A DNA stretch of 63,044 nt, counting the filler, from Octopus bimaculoides (taxonomy: Eukaryota): the NCBI RefSeq assembly GCF_001194135.2. It is 5 parts of 5 records of this genome, joined end to end, with 100 filler letters (N's around TTAATTAATTAA, not from the genome) between each part and the next. Parts side by side here need not be neighbours in the genome. Positions count along the whole stretch, not along the records: positions 33,664 to 53,937 come from NC_068989.1; 4 more parts are not named here. One strand, given 5' to 3'. The translations under genes were made by a program, and so were the position numbers. This document shows, piece after piece, positions 36,714-50,164 of this stretch. The number at the start of each line of letters is the position of its first letter. Positions within the stretch are counted from its first letter, which is position 1. The notes under the pieces were generated by a model. That model did not search any database. It worked only from the letters and a program-made list of their open reading frames with translations, and was not told where the DNA came from.

Positions 36714-37305
36714 AAATTCAAATTACGACGAAAGTAAACAAAGTTCGCTTTAGAAGCGTTGAGATGTATTGAAAGACAAGGAAATAATTTTATTCAGAAA
36801 CGCAGGATAATGCTAATAATATAGCATGAACAGGATAAACTATCCAAATTTTTCAGAAAAATCTGTTGGTGGCCAGCCATGAAACTCGAACTCATAGCCC
36901 TGTGATTACGCATCTAAACTGACTCAACGACAAATCCTTCTGCAAATTTAAGATATATAAATCTTACTTTAAAATACGATATCGCACGTTAAATTCAAAT
37001 TACGATGAACATAAAGAAAGTTTGCTTTAGAATCGTTGAGATGTATTTGTTTACTTTCATCGTAATTTGAATTTAATGTACAATTGCGTCTTATAAAGCT
37101 AGATTTATACATCCTAAACTTGCAGAAGTATTTGTCATTGGATTAGTTTAGCTTAAAGGTAAAGCACTCGACGCGTAATCACATGGATGTGATTTCAAGA
37201 CTCATGGCTATCCGACGACATATTTTTTTGTAAAATATGGGTAGTTTATCCAGTTTATGCTATATAATTAGCAATACCGTGCGTTTGAGAATAAAGTCAT
37301 TTCCT
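36714..37305. repeat. ~56-bp direct repeats (36714-36770, 36992-37047) plus ~250-bp inverted repeat (36779-37020 / 37049-37305)
   Basis: AATTCAAATTACGA(C/T)GAA...GTTGAGATGTATT occurs twice; GGAAATAATTTTATTCAGAAACGCAGGATAATGCTAA... matches the reverse complement of ...TTAGCAATACCGTGCGTTTGAGAATAAAGTCATTTCC. Confidence 0.88.
37139..37214 (+). pseudogene. tRNA-derived segment (possibly Thr-CGT-like) within the inverted repeat
   Basis: A-box-like TAGCTTAAAGGTAAAGC, CGTAA anticodon-loop-like motif, acceptor remnants GGATTAG/CTATCC; the opposite-arm copy keeps a B-box GAGTTCGAGT. Confidence 0.45.
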
Positions 37306-37482
37306 TATATATATATATTTACAAGTATACTTATATATATATATATNNNNNNNNNNTATATGTATGTATGTATGCTTATATACATATATATATGTATAAT
37401 TATACATACACATATATGTATACTTATATATGTATATATGTATACTTTTATATATACATATATTTATGTATACTTATATATA

Positions 37483-38744
37483 TCAGGTCATCCCATAAGT
37501 TCTGTCCGATTTTACCTTTTTTAAAATTGAATGAAATTGAATAGTATTTTAGAATTCTAATGGAATTTAAAATTATTTCTATGCACTCGTGTACATTTAA
37601 ACTAATTAAATATTATTTTACAGAGTAATAGAATTAAAATTTCTAACATGGTAGTATCCAAAGAGCATTTGAGGCACATAATGCTTTATAAGTACAGAAA
37701 AGGAAACTCTGCAGCCGAAGAGACTCGAAACATACACTCAGTTTATGGGAAAGTATGCTTGAACGAAAGAACTTGCAGAAGATGGTTTGCAAAATTCAGA
37801 AGTTGAGATGTCAGTCTTGAAGATGAAGATCGAACAGGACGTCCAGTTGAGTTTGATGATAAGCTCATTGAGGCATTACTTGAAGCAAATCCTACATTAT
37901 CAGTTGAAGAATTGGAAATAAAGAATAGTTCAAACCATACAATTGTTCATCGTTATCTTCAACAGCTTGGAAAGTTTCCTAAACTTGGAAAATAGGTGCC
38001 TCTTGAATTGCCCGAAAGCAACTGCAAATCCCAAGTTGACATCTGCTCTTCTCTCCATTCTCGCGAACTCAATTCACCTTTTTGGATAGACATGTGACTG
38101 GTGACGAAAAATGGATCTTCTATCGAAATGTTAAACGTCGTAAACAGTGGCTTGGTAAAAGGGAAAAAGCTTATCCATAACCAAGAAGGGAACTTCATGG
38201 GAAAAAGGTTCTTCTCTCTATCTGCTGGGATTGCAAAGGAGTAATTTTTTTTTTATTTGTTACCACCTAATGTAATAATCAATGCTCAAGTCTACTGTCA
38301 GCAATTAGAGCGTTGAACCAAGCTTTGAAAAAAAAAGACCCGATTTAGTGAATCGAAAGGGAGTGATGTTTCATCAGGACAATGCGCATCCCCACACTGC
38401 AAAGATCACATCACAGAAGATCGAAGAGCTTGGTTGGGAAAAAATTCCTCATCCACCTTATTCTCCCGACATTGTTCCTTCAGACTACCATTTGGTTCGT
38501 AGTTTACAGAATCATTTGGGGGACATAACTTTCGCAAGCCAAGAGGAGGTCGAAACTGACAAACTTCTTCGCTTTGAAGCCAAAAGAGTTTTACACTGAT
38601 GGAATTAAAAAGCTTCTAAATAGATGGAAGGAAGTGATAGATAATCAGAGAAAGTACATTGATGATTAAATTTCAATTAAATATAACATTAGATCACTTG
38701 TTTTCTTTATTCAAAATTCAGACAAAACATATGGCATGACCTGA
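37483..38744 (+). mobile_element. Full-length mariner (DD34D) element, transposase pseudogene 37648-38669
   Basis: TA-flanked ~30-bp TIRs TCAGGTCATCCCATAAGTTCTGTCCGA / TCAGACAAAACATATGGCATGACCTGA; motifs GK*VPLEL (WVPHEL), VTGDEKW, HQDNAHPH, HPPYSPDIVPSDYHL; several stops and frameshifts. Confidence 0.96.
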
Positions 38745-39590
38745 TACATATATATATATATGTATACTTATATATATATATATATACATATATATGTATA
38801 CTTATATATATACATATATATATATATATATAGATACATATATATGCATACATATTTATACATACATATATACATACATATATATACATACATATGTATA
38901 TATATACATATACATATGTATATACACACATATATATATANNNNNNNNNNNNNNNNNNNNNNNNNNNNNNNNNNNNNNNNNNNNNNNNNNNNNNNNNNNN
39001 NNNNNNNNNNNNNNNNNNNNNNNNNNNNNNNNNNNNNNNNNNNNNNNNNNNNNNNNNNNNNNNNNNNNNNNNNNNNNNNNNNNNNNNNNNNNNNNNNNNN
39101 NNNNNNNNNNNNNNNNNNNNNNNNNNNNNNNNNNNNNNNNNNNNNNNNNNNNNNNNNNNNNNNNNNNNNNNNNNNNNNNNNNNNNNNNNNNNNNNNNNNN
39201 NNNNNNNNNNNNNNNNNNNNNNNNNNNNNNNNNNNNNNNNNNNNNNNNNNNNNNNNNNNNNNNNNNNNNNNNNNNNNNNNNNNNNNNNNNNNNNNNNNNN
39301 NNNNNNNNNNNNNNNNNNNNNNNNNNNNNNNNNNNNNNNNNNNNNNNNNNNNNNNNNNNNNNNNNNNNNNNNNNNNNNNNNNNNNNNNNNNNNNNNNNNN
39401 NNNNNNNNNNNNNNNNNNNNNNNNNNNNNNNNNNNNNNNNNNNNNNNNNNNNNNNNNNNNNNNNNNNNNNNNNNNNNNNNNNNNNNNNNNNNNNNNNNNN
39501 NNNNNNNNNNNNNNNNNNNNNNNNNNNNNNNNNNNNNNNNNNNNNNNNNNNNNNNNNNNNNNNNNNNNNNNNNNNNNNNNNNNNNNNNNN

Positions 39591-39705
<115 letters not shown>

Positions 39706-41847
39706 ACTCTACACCGGCGTACTGAGTTCTTTGCCAAATAACGGATGCGTTATGTACAGTATATTGTTGATATTCTACTACTGTTACATTATGGTACGTA
39801 TACATATACACATGCATATACACACATACATATACACAGGCATATACGTATACACACGCATACATACACACATACAAATATATACACAAACTAGAAAAGA
39901 GTGCTATGAATTTTATGTAATGTAAAATCGAAGTTTGTTTCCATGTAGTTCAGTGTTTCGAGATGTGGGCTCGTATATGTCTGTGAGTGTTCGCGATTGT
40001 ATGTGTGTGTGTGTGTGTGTGTGTACTTTTTGTATAATTACTTATATGCATACATGTATAAATATTTGTAAAAATATATGTGCTACATGTCTGTGTGTGT
40101 TTGTGCATGTGTTTGAGTGTGCATGCATGCGCGCTTTCTAGATAGTTTTTTTCTTTTTGCTTGTTTGTTTCTTACGAGGATTGCTGTAACAAAACGTGAG
40201 TCTCATATTAAAAGTGTGTAAGGAGAAGTAGGATTAGTGCTATTCTAATAGAATTTGGAAAGATTTGAAGTAAGTATATTAGAAACACGCAGGGAAAAAA
40301 AGCTAGAACTTTCACTATGTCCTTGCATTCTTGTAATTGAAGGTTTGCATGCAATTCTTGGCACAGCATTTCTGTTATATTCCTCGCTAATCCATATATA
40401 TTTTCAAGCTACGACTACCGGTAAATGTAATACCAAAGTTTGTGGCACAGTTGCTATTTTATCATGGCCGTCAACGCTTTCAATATATTCTGGAAGGATT
40501 CTGTCTTGTTTACACCATTACTTCCCACCATTATTGAATATGTTTCGAATTGAAACAGCTTATATTTCTTTTTATAGAGAAACGTAGAAAACAAAATTAA
40601 TGCCTTTTTTTCTGTATAGAAATGATCGAAAGAATTTCCGCCAGATATTAGGAATAATACTACGTATTTTATTACTTTCCAAAGTCCATTGAAAATAGAT
40701 CAACACACATTTATATTTTTTTACGACATTACACTGCGCAATCATTTGTAAAAGCTATTGGGTTCCGCCATTTTTCACGTGTTGTTTGGAGATTTTTATG
40801 TTTTAACTTTTACACACAGCAGCGATTGTTACAAATCTTGGCTGTTTGAAATGGTAAAAACTATAGAGCGTGATATTTATGCAGCTTCTTATGTTAAGAG
40901 ACAGAGTGAAAATGAAAGAGAGAGGAAAGAGAGAGTGAGAGAGAGATCGTAAGAGACAGATAGAGCTAAGTCTATGTATGTAGCTAGATATCGACACACA
41001 TGCACACATATGCGTACGTAAATACATACATATGTTCATCTATACATACATACAAATGCACATACATACATAGAATTATATACATATGGTATTGGTACAG
41101 TACACGCTGACATACATATATACACACAGAATCACTCACAAACAGTAATGAAGGACACAGTGTTTATGAATTAAAGTGACATATACACCCAATGTGTGAG
41201 TGCAAATTGATCTAAATACTTATATATATACACACATGCGCGTACACACACACACATGCACTCATGCACGCACACATATATTCACATATGCAGACACCAA
41301 TTAAATCAGATATCGGCAAATCCCCATGAATTGCCTTAACTTAAACGAAAGAGCCTTGCTATTTTGTTAGTGGTCGGCTTGAATTTGAGAAAGAATAAAA
41401 TGCATACATATAGATAAATATGCATAGATGTACATACACACTGACATACATATACATACATTCCTACATACGTACGTGCATGCATACATACATACATACA
41501 AACATAGATACATACATACATACATACATACATACATAGCTCAAATGTTTATAATGTAACAGGCTACATATAATACATATATTACAGTATCATCTGAAAC
41601 TGCATGAGATCTTTCGGTCACTGACATAAAGTCTTCAGAACACAAGGAAATAGAAAACCGAGCTTCGTTCAAATCAAAAGATCATGATGAGAACTACAGT
41701 GATGATTCCTAGTAACTTACTGCACTCTTGGAAATATGACTGAATATATCAGTGTAATGCAATAATGTATCAAACAAATTCCGTGGACAGGACGAATGTA
41801 GATATCCGATAGCATTATCGAATTTCTAAATTTCTGTGCTTTTCTGT

Positions 41848-42233
41848 GTGGAGGCGCAATGGCCCAGTGGTTAGGGTAGCGGACTCGCAGTCATAGGATC
41901 GCGGTTTCGATTCCCAGACCGGGCGTTGTGAGTGTTTATTGAGCGAAAACACCTAAAGCTTCTCGAGGCTCCGGCAGGGGATGGTGGTGAACCCTGCTGT
42001 ACTCTTTCACCACAACTTTCTCTTACTCTTACTTCCGGTTTCTGTTGTACTTTCAAAGGGCCAGCCTTGTCACACACTGTGTCACGCTGAATCTCCCCCG
42101 AGAACTACGTTCAGGGTACACGTGTCTGTGAAGTGCTCAGCCACTTGCACGTTAATTTCACGAGCAGGCTGTTCTGTTGATCGGATCAACTGGAACCCTC
42201 GACGTCTTAAGCGACGGAGTGCCAACACACACA
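41848..42233 (+). mobile_element. SINE family C, full-length, 11-bp TSD TGCTTTTCTGT
   Basis: tRNA-like head (A-box TGGCCCAGTGG, GTTTCGATTCC), TSD at 41837-41847 and 42234-42244, (CA)n tail. Confidence 0.93.
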
Positions 42234-43129
42234 TGCTTTTCTGTACATTCTATAGAAGGAACATAAAATAAACGATTATGTGAGGGGTAAACGTTTTTCC
42301 ACCACTTTGAGTAAAGAGAGACACGTATCTGCAAGGGCATAAAACTATAAACCAGCCTGGTCTAGATATGTAACTCTTTCTTGTGTCAACACCAACTTGC
42401 ACAATACAATCGAGGCCTAGATAACTTGATGGTATGAACACGAATCTTCTTGATTCATTCTGGAAGCAGATAGATGGAGCGGTTCTTAACGAACTGGGTC
42501 GTCCTTCATGGCAACTTAGAAAATGTTCGCAGTAAATGTAGGATGTTTCCCAAATTTAGGGCAAGCTCCTCAGAGAGAAGTTTACATCGGCATTATGATG
42601 ATAGAAAATACTCGTCGATTATATAGAGTCGGTAACATAAAGTGTTCGTCAAATACTGGGTTGATTTACTTGTCTCTACACTCCCCATCCTAAATACATG
42701 GTCTTGTGCTAATCTGTATCATTATTCGGTACCCTCTCCGTAGTTTATGTTCTTTGATCAACGATATACTGGCGAGTAGGTAAAAATAGTGGTTACGGCA
42801 CTTGAATACTGATTTTTGCTTTGTTTTGTATTTTTATTTTCATGGATTTGATTTAACTTTCTGTTTTCTGGTTTGACATATTTTTATTTCTTGGAATCAA
42901 AATGGTGGGGATTGAAACGAGAACATAATTTAAACTAATTTAAACTGAAACGCAATTTCGAATTGGATTTTAAAACTGAAATTCTATTTGAACTGTTAAG
43001 AAAAAATATTTAAGATTCAACTTATATTCAAATTTCAATTTAGCAAGTCTTCTCACACTATCTATTTATAGAAGCATTGCCGCAATATAAATTTGAAATT
43101 TCAAAGCAAACAAAACTAAATGGTAAAAG

Positions 43130-44350
43130 TGAATCAAATGGAAATCTTAAAGCACTCATAAATAACATCATTACACACATCTTGGTACATAACCAATACA
43201 GATAATGAGGAGGAATAAAGGATCAAAATTAATATTTCTTTACATCATCAACAAACCACACCACATACCCAACAAAAATAATTACAAATCTTCTCCAAAT
43301 ATACTTTCCGCTCCACATGTCTGCCTGCTATTCCAAATAATTCCCCTCTCTACCTCAACTATCAGCTCAAACACTTTTCAAAAATCTCTTCAAAGTAAAA
43401 TAGAAATAGAAAACACAAGCTACCCTAAACTATCAGCTTGCCTCTTTTCCTTCAGTTAGATACAAGATAATATAAATATGAAACACCCAAACCTAAAACC
43501 TTTTACAAATTCCTGGAATATTTTGCATCTGAAAGAAATAGAGCTCTGATCATTATTTTCAACTACTCGTGCCAATATACACAAATTCCAAAATCTGGAA
43601 ACTTGGTGGTTTGATAGGAAGTGTCTTCTAATTTGCTTAATTGTCATTCAAAAGCGAATATGACCTGGTAGCTTGTACCTGGCTTTCACTAATTGATTAG
43701 ACACCCATGTACAGCCATGGCCAAAAGTTTGGAACATTTTTTACAATTAGAATTGTTATACGCTTATACAATTCAATTCAAATATAACTTTGGGTATTTA
43801 ATATAAACATTGTTTTTTCATACTTAAGTTTCATACTTTTGGCCAAGTAATAATATATTGCAAATTAAATATAACTTTGGGCATTCAATATAAAAACTCT
43901 AATTTTCAGACCTATGTTCCAAACTTTTGGCCATGACTGGAGATGCGAGCAGACATAGATACCCTCAAAGACAAAACAGACCGCCCAGTCTAGAAATGAA
44001 ATTTACAGATATGATCAAGAGCCTAACTCCCAAAATACCTGGTCACGTGGGTTCCTGATAAATGTTAAAACTAAAAAAAAAGAGTTCGAAACAATTCCTC
44101 TCTGACCTGTCACTCTCCTGTTCATGGCATCAAGACATTTTGAAAATCCTGCGCCTACTTAGAACGGTATTGAACGGTATTGAACTAATTCAAAACGGTA
44201 TTATTACCAACACACTATTTAGAAAACATTTCAAAAAATAGATGACAGTTACCACAGCAGAACATCTCTATTCATACACAAAATTCTCAGACAATTAATG
44301 ATTAACACAAAATCCTAAATCGCGAATACTCTCACGCTGCCAATCCTTGT
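43130..44350 (+). mobile_element. Highly decayed LINE remnant (possibly CR1/L2/Jockey group), interrupted by a MITE
   Basis: A/C-rich coding-like strand bias with fragments such as PLYLNYQL and KFLEY; no complete RT motif recognised. Confidence 0.3.
43712..43939. mobile_element. Tc1-type MITE, 228 bp
   Basis: TA|CAGCCATGGCCAAAAGTTTGGAAC ... GTTCCAAACTTTTGGCCATGACTG; internal tandem ~90-bp repeat (AAATATAACTTTGGG...). Confidence 0.9.
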
Positions 44351-45669
44351 GTAATGTACAATAATAATTTTCTAAAATTTTAGATTTAAATTTTACAATT
44401 GTTCTGAATTTTTTTCTTTTTATTCATAAGAAATCTTTATTAATTTCCTTTTGTTCTTCTTATGAAGCAATCAAATAAATTTTATATGACATGAATACAA
44501 CAGATTAAAGTATATTAATTGTTTGTTTTTTTTTACCTTTATTGATACCACATAAAAGAGAGACCAACAGATCCAGCCGGTGAGATTTCAAATAACAGCA
44601 TAGTAGAACAAAGCAAAATTCTGCAAAAGATATCATCTGCTGCTTGACTTTTTTTCTGTCAACTCACTACATTTTTTTGATAAAAAAAAAATCATTAAGA
44701 AAAATTTTTAGTTGGTTCAGAAAAAAAAATTATATTTCCAGCTAAGTAGCCTTTTGTGCAAATTTTTAATTATTCTGTATTATTCACAAAATTTGCACGT
44801 CAAGATTAGATTTCTAGTTAACCTTTGCAAAGATCGTGTTAATGTAACTCCAAAATATGGTGTTCTTACACGCAATCCTCCTCATTCTGTAGAGAAGTTC
44901 GTCTATAATTTCTACTCTGAAAAGAAATAATAAATTATAAGTTTTGTTACGGTTAAATTGACAACGTTCTCATTTTGTTTCGTATAATTGATTCTAAGAT
45001 GAAGTTGACTGGAAAATTAGACGAAAACAATAATGGAAATTTAATAATTCAGAATTATAATTATAGGATTCACAAGATTTCTCATCAATCCAAAACAAAA
45101 CAAAAGAAAGAAAAAAATTAAGAGTATGGAAGGGAAACAGTTATTTTCCTAATTTGCTAGGGACAAAAAGGACAATATTATAATACAAGCAAAATTATAT
45201 ATTTGCAAGAAATAAAAATCACAGATATTTTATCAATGTTCGTTAAGGATCAATACACCAAGCTTAACAATGTTCTGTATATGTATTATAAGTAAGGTGG
45301 AATAATAAAAGCATGAAATATTTCGTATTTTTATTGAGATGGAGAAACTAGTTAATCAGTTGCTTATATATTATAGCATAGGTATAAAAGCCCGTATATC
45401 TACCAAAGGTACCTGTAGCAGAAATAGTTAACATATTTATGTAACGAACTATCTATATGTATGTCCAACAGTTTGTTAGGGCGTTGATTTATCTATCCCT
45501 TCTATGGATATAGTGAATACATATGTGTGTGTGTATGTGTGTGTGTGTGCGTGCGTGCGTTTGTGTACGAATGTATTCATTACATTCATAGATAGAATAG
45601 ATAGATTGGCTCCCAAACATACTGACGGACATACAGACATACAGAAGCCGCTGTTAGGCAGAGCATCAT

Positions 45670-46456
45670 TATAGCAGAGGGATGCCTTATCAAATATTCG
45701 TTTAGAAGTTTTTTTGTTTTTTTTCTAAATTTATCAAGAGTGCGACCATTCGAGATATTTGCAGCCTGTCATCTCGGTATATCTGCAGTTCTACGATCCT
45801 ATCCGTACATCAAAAAACTCATCTGTATCTGATTTTTTAACCTATGCTGAGCCCTCACTAAATAGAAGAGTTTTTCTCGCAAGCATGATAAAGTCCAGGT
45901 CTATTTAGCTTATATCAATCGCCTTATCGAGCAACGATCTCGATATCGAGGAATAAAAGTCTACAATGTCAAATTGTATAAATCTAGCTCTTTGTTCATC
46001 TTTTATGTTCTTAAACCAATCTATGACAATGCTGCTATTACCCTTTTGTAGTAGTTTAACTGTCTCTCTAATTCTGATATTAATCTTCCTTAGTTACTAA
46101 ATAACCTCTTCACGTCATAAGTTTTTGTTTAGAATATAGTAGCAGCTAGTAGCAAGTCCTCGCCTAACGATTCTATTTCAAAGATTACTTTCTCCAAGGT
46201 AAATTATCTCCACTACGACCAGTGATCTCCATACCCTTGATATATATCAGATGGTCGTTGACTCTTCCGAGTTCCTCTTTCCTTTGACAGGTCTTGATTT
46301 TCATCCCAAAAGGTATTTTAAAAGTCATTCCCCTCAACAAGCAAGCTTAGTAGAATTGCCGATTTCGTCTCCGACGAGCCGACCTAGCGACAGGTTGTAC
46401 TGAGTTACATGTTTACCAGTAACGCTAGGGCAACCTTATATGCATATGTGTGAATG
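45670..46456 (-). mobile_element. Penelope-like element RT fragment with 5' region
   Basis: Minus strand VIDWFKNI, RFIQFDIVDFYSSIS, ARKTLLF, VKK...FFDVRIGS, (G)RTLDKFRKK; typical PLE RT motifs 2-4. Confidence 0.8.
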
Positions 46457-47168
46457 TATGCGTTTATGTTTACACCGGTTTAAAAAACTATTGTTGTTTA
46501 CGCTATGTCAGTATGGCCACTCATTTCCGGTTCGAAAACCGTCGTCTGATACATTATACCATAACAATAACGTGGTTCGGTTTTTAGATGCATTGCATTC
46601 GTAAACAGTTTTTCTTTTCTTGATAGAAAATTTCTCTTTGACACATTCTTCCAGAATAAACTAGTTTTATCATCATAAAATATTTTAAAAACAAAAGCCT
46701 TTTATTTTAGCTAACTTTGACACAAATTCCCGTGCAGCTTTTTAACCCCTACATGAACTTATGCCATGCTATATATTAGGTTGAAAGCTTCGGTTCAAAA
46801 ATTTTTTAAGCTATTTCTTACAAGTAAAAATTCTAAATTAGTTGATTTGTTGTTATCTGATATGTAATGCAGATTTGATGGAAAGCTTTTTCTGCATGTT
46901 GTTATATAGCAAAGCTGTCTGGAGGCAATACTTTTTGAGTTTTGTCTTCTATCCATAATGTTACTCTAAATGTATATGTTCTAAAGTTCTTGAAAATCCT
47001 GCTGCTATACTGGATCTCATTTATCACTCGTTTATATTAAAATGTTTCTCTGAAGCTCTTAGGTATTTGAAATTGATTTAATATTTTAATATTCATTTCT
47101 AAACAAATCGATTTTCTTGTTCATTTTTCGTGTGACATGCATAACTTTATTATTCGTATCTCAAATCC

Positions 47169-47385
47169 AAGGTGGTGCGATGGCAGAATCGTTAGCACAC
47201 CGGGAAATGCTTAGCAGCAGTTTCCCTTTCTTTACATTCTGAATTCAAATACCGCTGAAATTGACTTTGCACTTCATCACATTCAGATTCAATAAAATAT
47301 GTACCAGTTGAACACTGGAGTCGATGAGATCGACTTACCCCCTTCCTTCGAAATTGCTTGCCTTGTACCAAAATGTGAGACCATT
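47169..47385 (+). mobile_element. SINE family A
   Basis: TGGCAGAATCGTTAGCACACCGGG...TGAATTCAAATACCGC...TTGACTTTGC...GTACCAGTTGAACACTGGAGTCGAT. Confidence 0.82.
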
Positions 47386-47428
47386 ACTTAATCTCGAATT
47401 TTATGCGGTGTAAACATAAACACGGGAA

Positions 47429-47640
47429 CACTCACACATATGCATGTCAGGATGCCCTAGAGCTACTGGTAATATGTAACTCAATACAACCTGTTCCAAG
47501 GTCGAGTCACCGGAGAGAAAATCGGCAGCCCTGCTAAGCTTGCTTGGAGAGGAGAGTGATATTTTAATACCATTCGGAATGAAAACATAGCCCTTCAAAG
47601 GGCAGAGGAAATCAGAGGAGTCACCAGTCATCTAACATAG
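47429..47640 (+). repeat. Inverted copy of 46240-46456 (5' region of the PLE fragment)
   Basis: CTCACACATATGCAT...GCCCTAG...CTGGTAA...GTAACTCAATACAACCTGT...AAATCGGCA...CTAAGCTTGCTTG matches the reverse complement of 46330-46456. Confidence 0.85.
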
Positions 47641-48734
47641 TCATGGGTAGCTTGCTGAATCATTTGCAGGTCGGATAAAAGGCTTTGTGGCAGACCACTA
47701 AGCAAACTTAAGATGTAATATGAAAGTATAAAAAGAAAGTTGTACAAACTGAGAACAACGTTTAAGCTTATACATATACTGCGGGTACTTATGTATGTAT
47801 GTATATGTGTGTGTGTGTGATCGTGCGTTTGTGTGTGTGCGTGCGTATGTGCGCATATTTTTATTCACATACATATCTAGATAAATATAGACACCCATAC
47901 ACACACACACATACATACATGCATACATACATACATACATACATACACTAGCAGTAGTACCTAGTGTTCTCCGTGTTTATTAATAGTAAACATGGATACT
48001 ATCACATGAATTGACTAGATTATGCATAAATCTTCTGGTACTTCAAGAATGTTGATTAAAAACTTGTTTACGTTCAGTTCAGAAAATATGATTTAAGATA
48101 AGCTATATAAAAATGCGCAAAAAAGGAAATATAAAATCAAAAATAAACTTTTAGTCATGCATTGTTTTTCTTTTTTTATTTACTAGACAATTGTTTCTTT
48201 TTTTAAATTTTAGTGTACTTGCTAGGTAATTGAGTTGATCTGAGACCGTCTGTTGAAACTAAACTGTCCGCTGCGTGGAAGGCATTCCAAGACATGATTC
48301 CAATTGCATGTAGAATAATGTCAGTCAGTAGATCGCAGTTGGCGCGACAAAAAATTTGACACCAAATAATAAATGTTAAAGTGAACTTAACAGTCTTTGT
48401 GTGTTTTCGAATGGCTAATATGTCTTTCAAACTGCAATGCTGTTTTTCGCTTTAAAATTTTTCCAAAATAATGTACAATTATATAAAATTATTGTAAACA
48501 TATTTTTCTGATCCGTAACGTTTTCTAGTGTTTGTTGTGGTTCATGGATGTATGCATTATTCTTAATATTTCTATCAGGAGTTGTAAAGAACTGATTTTT
48601 AGGAAATAGCTATGCAGTCTGTGGTGTTATTAAATAAAAAGGCGAGCTCCAGGGCAACATTCTAGGTCCCTGGGTGCAAAACTACAGTCAACACCTTGGA
48701 ACATATATACTATCATCTTCATATACTAAAAATG

Positions 48735-49018
48735 TGAAGGTACATGGCTTAGTGGTCAAAGTAATCGGTTCACGATCGTAAGGTTATGATTTCAATTCCC
48801 GGTGGAACGTTGTAACCTTGAGCAAAGTACTTTAATTCATGTTGCTCCATTTTGGCAAAAATGAGTTGTACCCGCAATTCAAGTGACCGGCCTTGTCACA
48901 TTCTGTAGCACGCTGAATCTCCTTGAGAATTACGTTAAAGGTACATGTGTCTGTTGAATGCTCAGCCACTTGCACGATCAGGCTGGAACTCTCGACGTCG
49001 TAATCGACGGAGTGCCAA
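48735..49018 (+). mobile_element. SINE with CORE-like head and family C tail
   Basis: Head GGTACATGGCTTAGTGGTC...CCTTGAGCAAAGTACTT; tail GGCCTTGTCACA...CACGCTGAATCTCC...GCTCAGCCACTTGCACG...GACGGAGTGCCAA as in 42060-42227. Confidence 0.78.
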
Positions 49019-49653
49019 TATATGCTAACAATATACAAGTCAGCCGATTTTAGCAGAGTCGTTACAGCGCCGGATACATTGTTTTGCGGTAATCATTCCA
49101 GCTCTGATTTCTAACTTCAAATCCCGCCGAGAGCATATTTACTTTCCGTCCTTTCGAGGTCGATATATAAAGTAACAGTCCTGTACAAGGAATTTCGATC
49201 CTTTTTCTCCCTCTATTTTTTCTCTGTGTGTCAATATGTCTTTCTCAGGAAAAATTGTTGTGGTCAGACCAGGTAAGAGATAGACTGCGCCAATCTAATA
49301 TACTCAGGGTACACAGTATGTCACTTTATCAGATGGTGGGGATTTACTTCGACGCAATTAAAACTAATATAAAGATCAGACACGCAAACACACACACAAA
49401 AAAACACACGCACGCAAAAGCACACACACACACACATACAAACAGAGAAAGAGAGAGAAAAAAGAGAGAGAAAAAGAGAGGCTGTAAGTAAAATAGAATG
49501 CAAGGAATAGTCGAGTACTAGTTATTTCAAAAGGTTGTCCAATGAATATTACGTAACATTATGAATGTTTCATATCTATCCAGTGTCTTTTTGTATTAGG
49601 TACATGCGACAATTACTTGAGGATTTTCTACCGTGAAAGAGAGATCCCCTTTC

Positions 49654-49918
49654 GTCACGTGTCAGCGACGAGAGAGTCAAGGAGGAAGAGTGAGAAAGAG
49701 AGAGAGAGGGGGGGAACGTTGAAAGGGAGAGAAGAATAGGGAACGGGTGGGAGAGAAAAACAGAAAGGATGAAGAACAAGAGAGGGAAAGGGATAGACAG
49801 AGTAGAGATAGTAGAAGAGTGCGCATTGTAATTATTAAGATAAACCTTACTTGGAAAAGTATGCGTGGCGTTCTCCCTTATTATATGATCGAACGCCACG
49901 CATCCGAGTAAGTTTTAT
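49654..49918. repeat. Second head-to-head pair of the 2.6-3.4 kb repeat family
   Basis: GTCACGTGT...GAGAGTCAAGGAGGAAGAGTGAG...CTTACTTGGAAAAGTATGCGTGGCGTTC then TTATTATATGATCGAACGCCACGCATCC; homologous to 3046-3270. Confidence 0.85.
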
Positions 49919-50093
49919 ACATATATATATATGTATGTATACCTATATTTATATCTATATAAGTATATCTATATGTATATATACATATATGCATATATAT
50001 ATATATATATATATCTATATATGTATGTATATACATGTATATCTATATATGTATACACAGTTTATTTAAAAGCAGCAGAAATATAACAATATG

Positions 50094-50164
<71 letters not shown>

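Noticed and set aside
40700-40800. YY1-like CCGCCATTTT plus E-box CACGTG, with minus-strand ATGGCGGAACCC
   Set aside because: Short motifs expected by chance; the frame closes after 9 codons and there is no supporting context.
41848-41925. SINE heads as functional tRNA genes (also 15298, 20739, 14010, 30525)
   Set aside because: They continue into SINE bodies with TSDs and lack complete cloverleaf pairing.
47948-48200. CTAGCAGTAG... start resembling a Helitron-like non-autonomous element
   Set aside because: Only a short degenerate resemblance; no 3' hairpin or second copy in the window.
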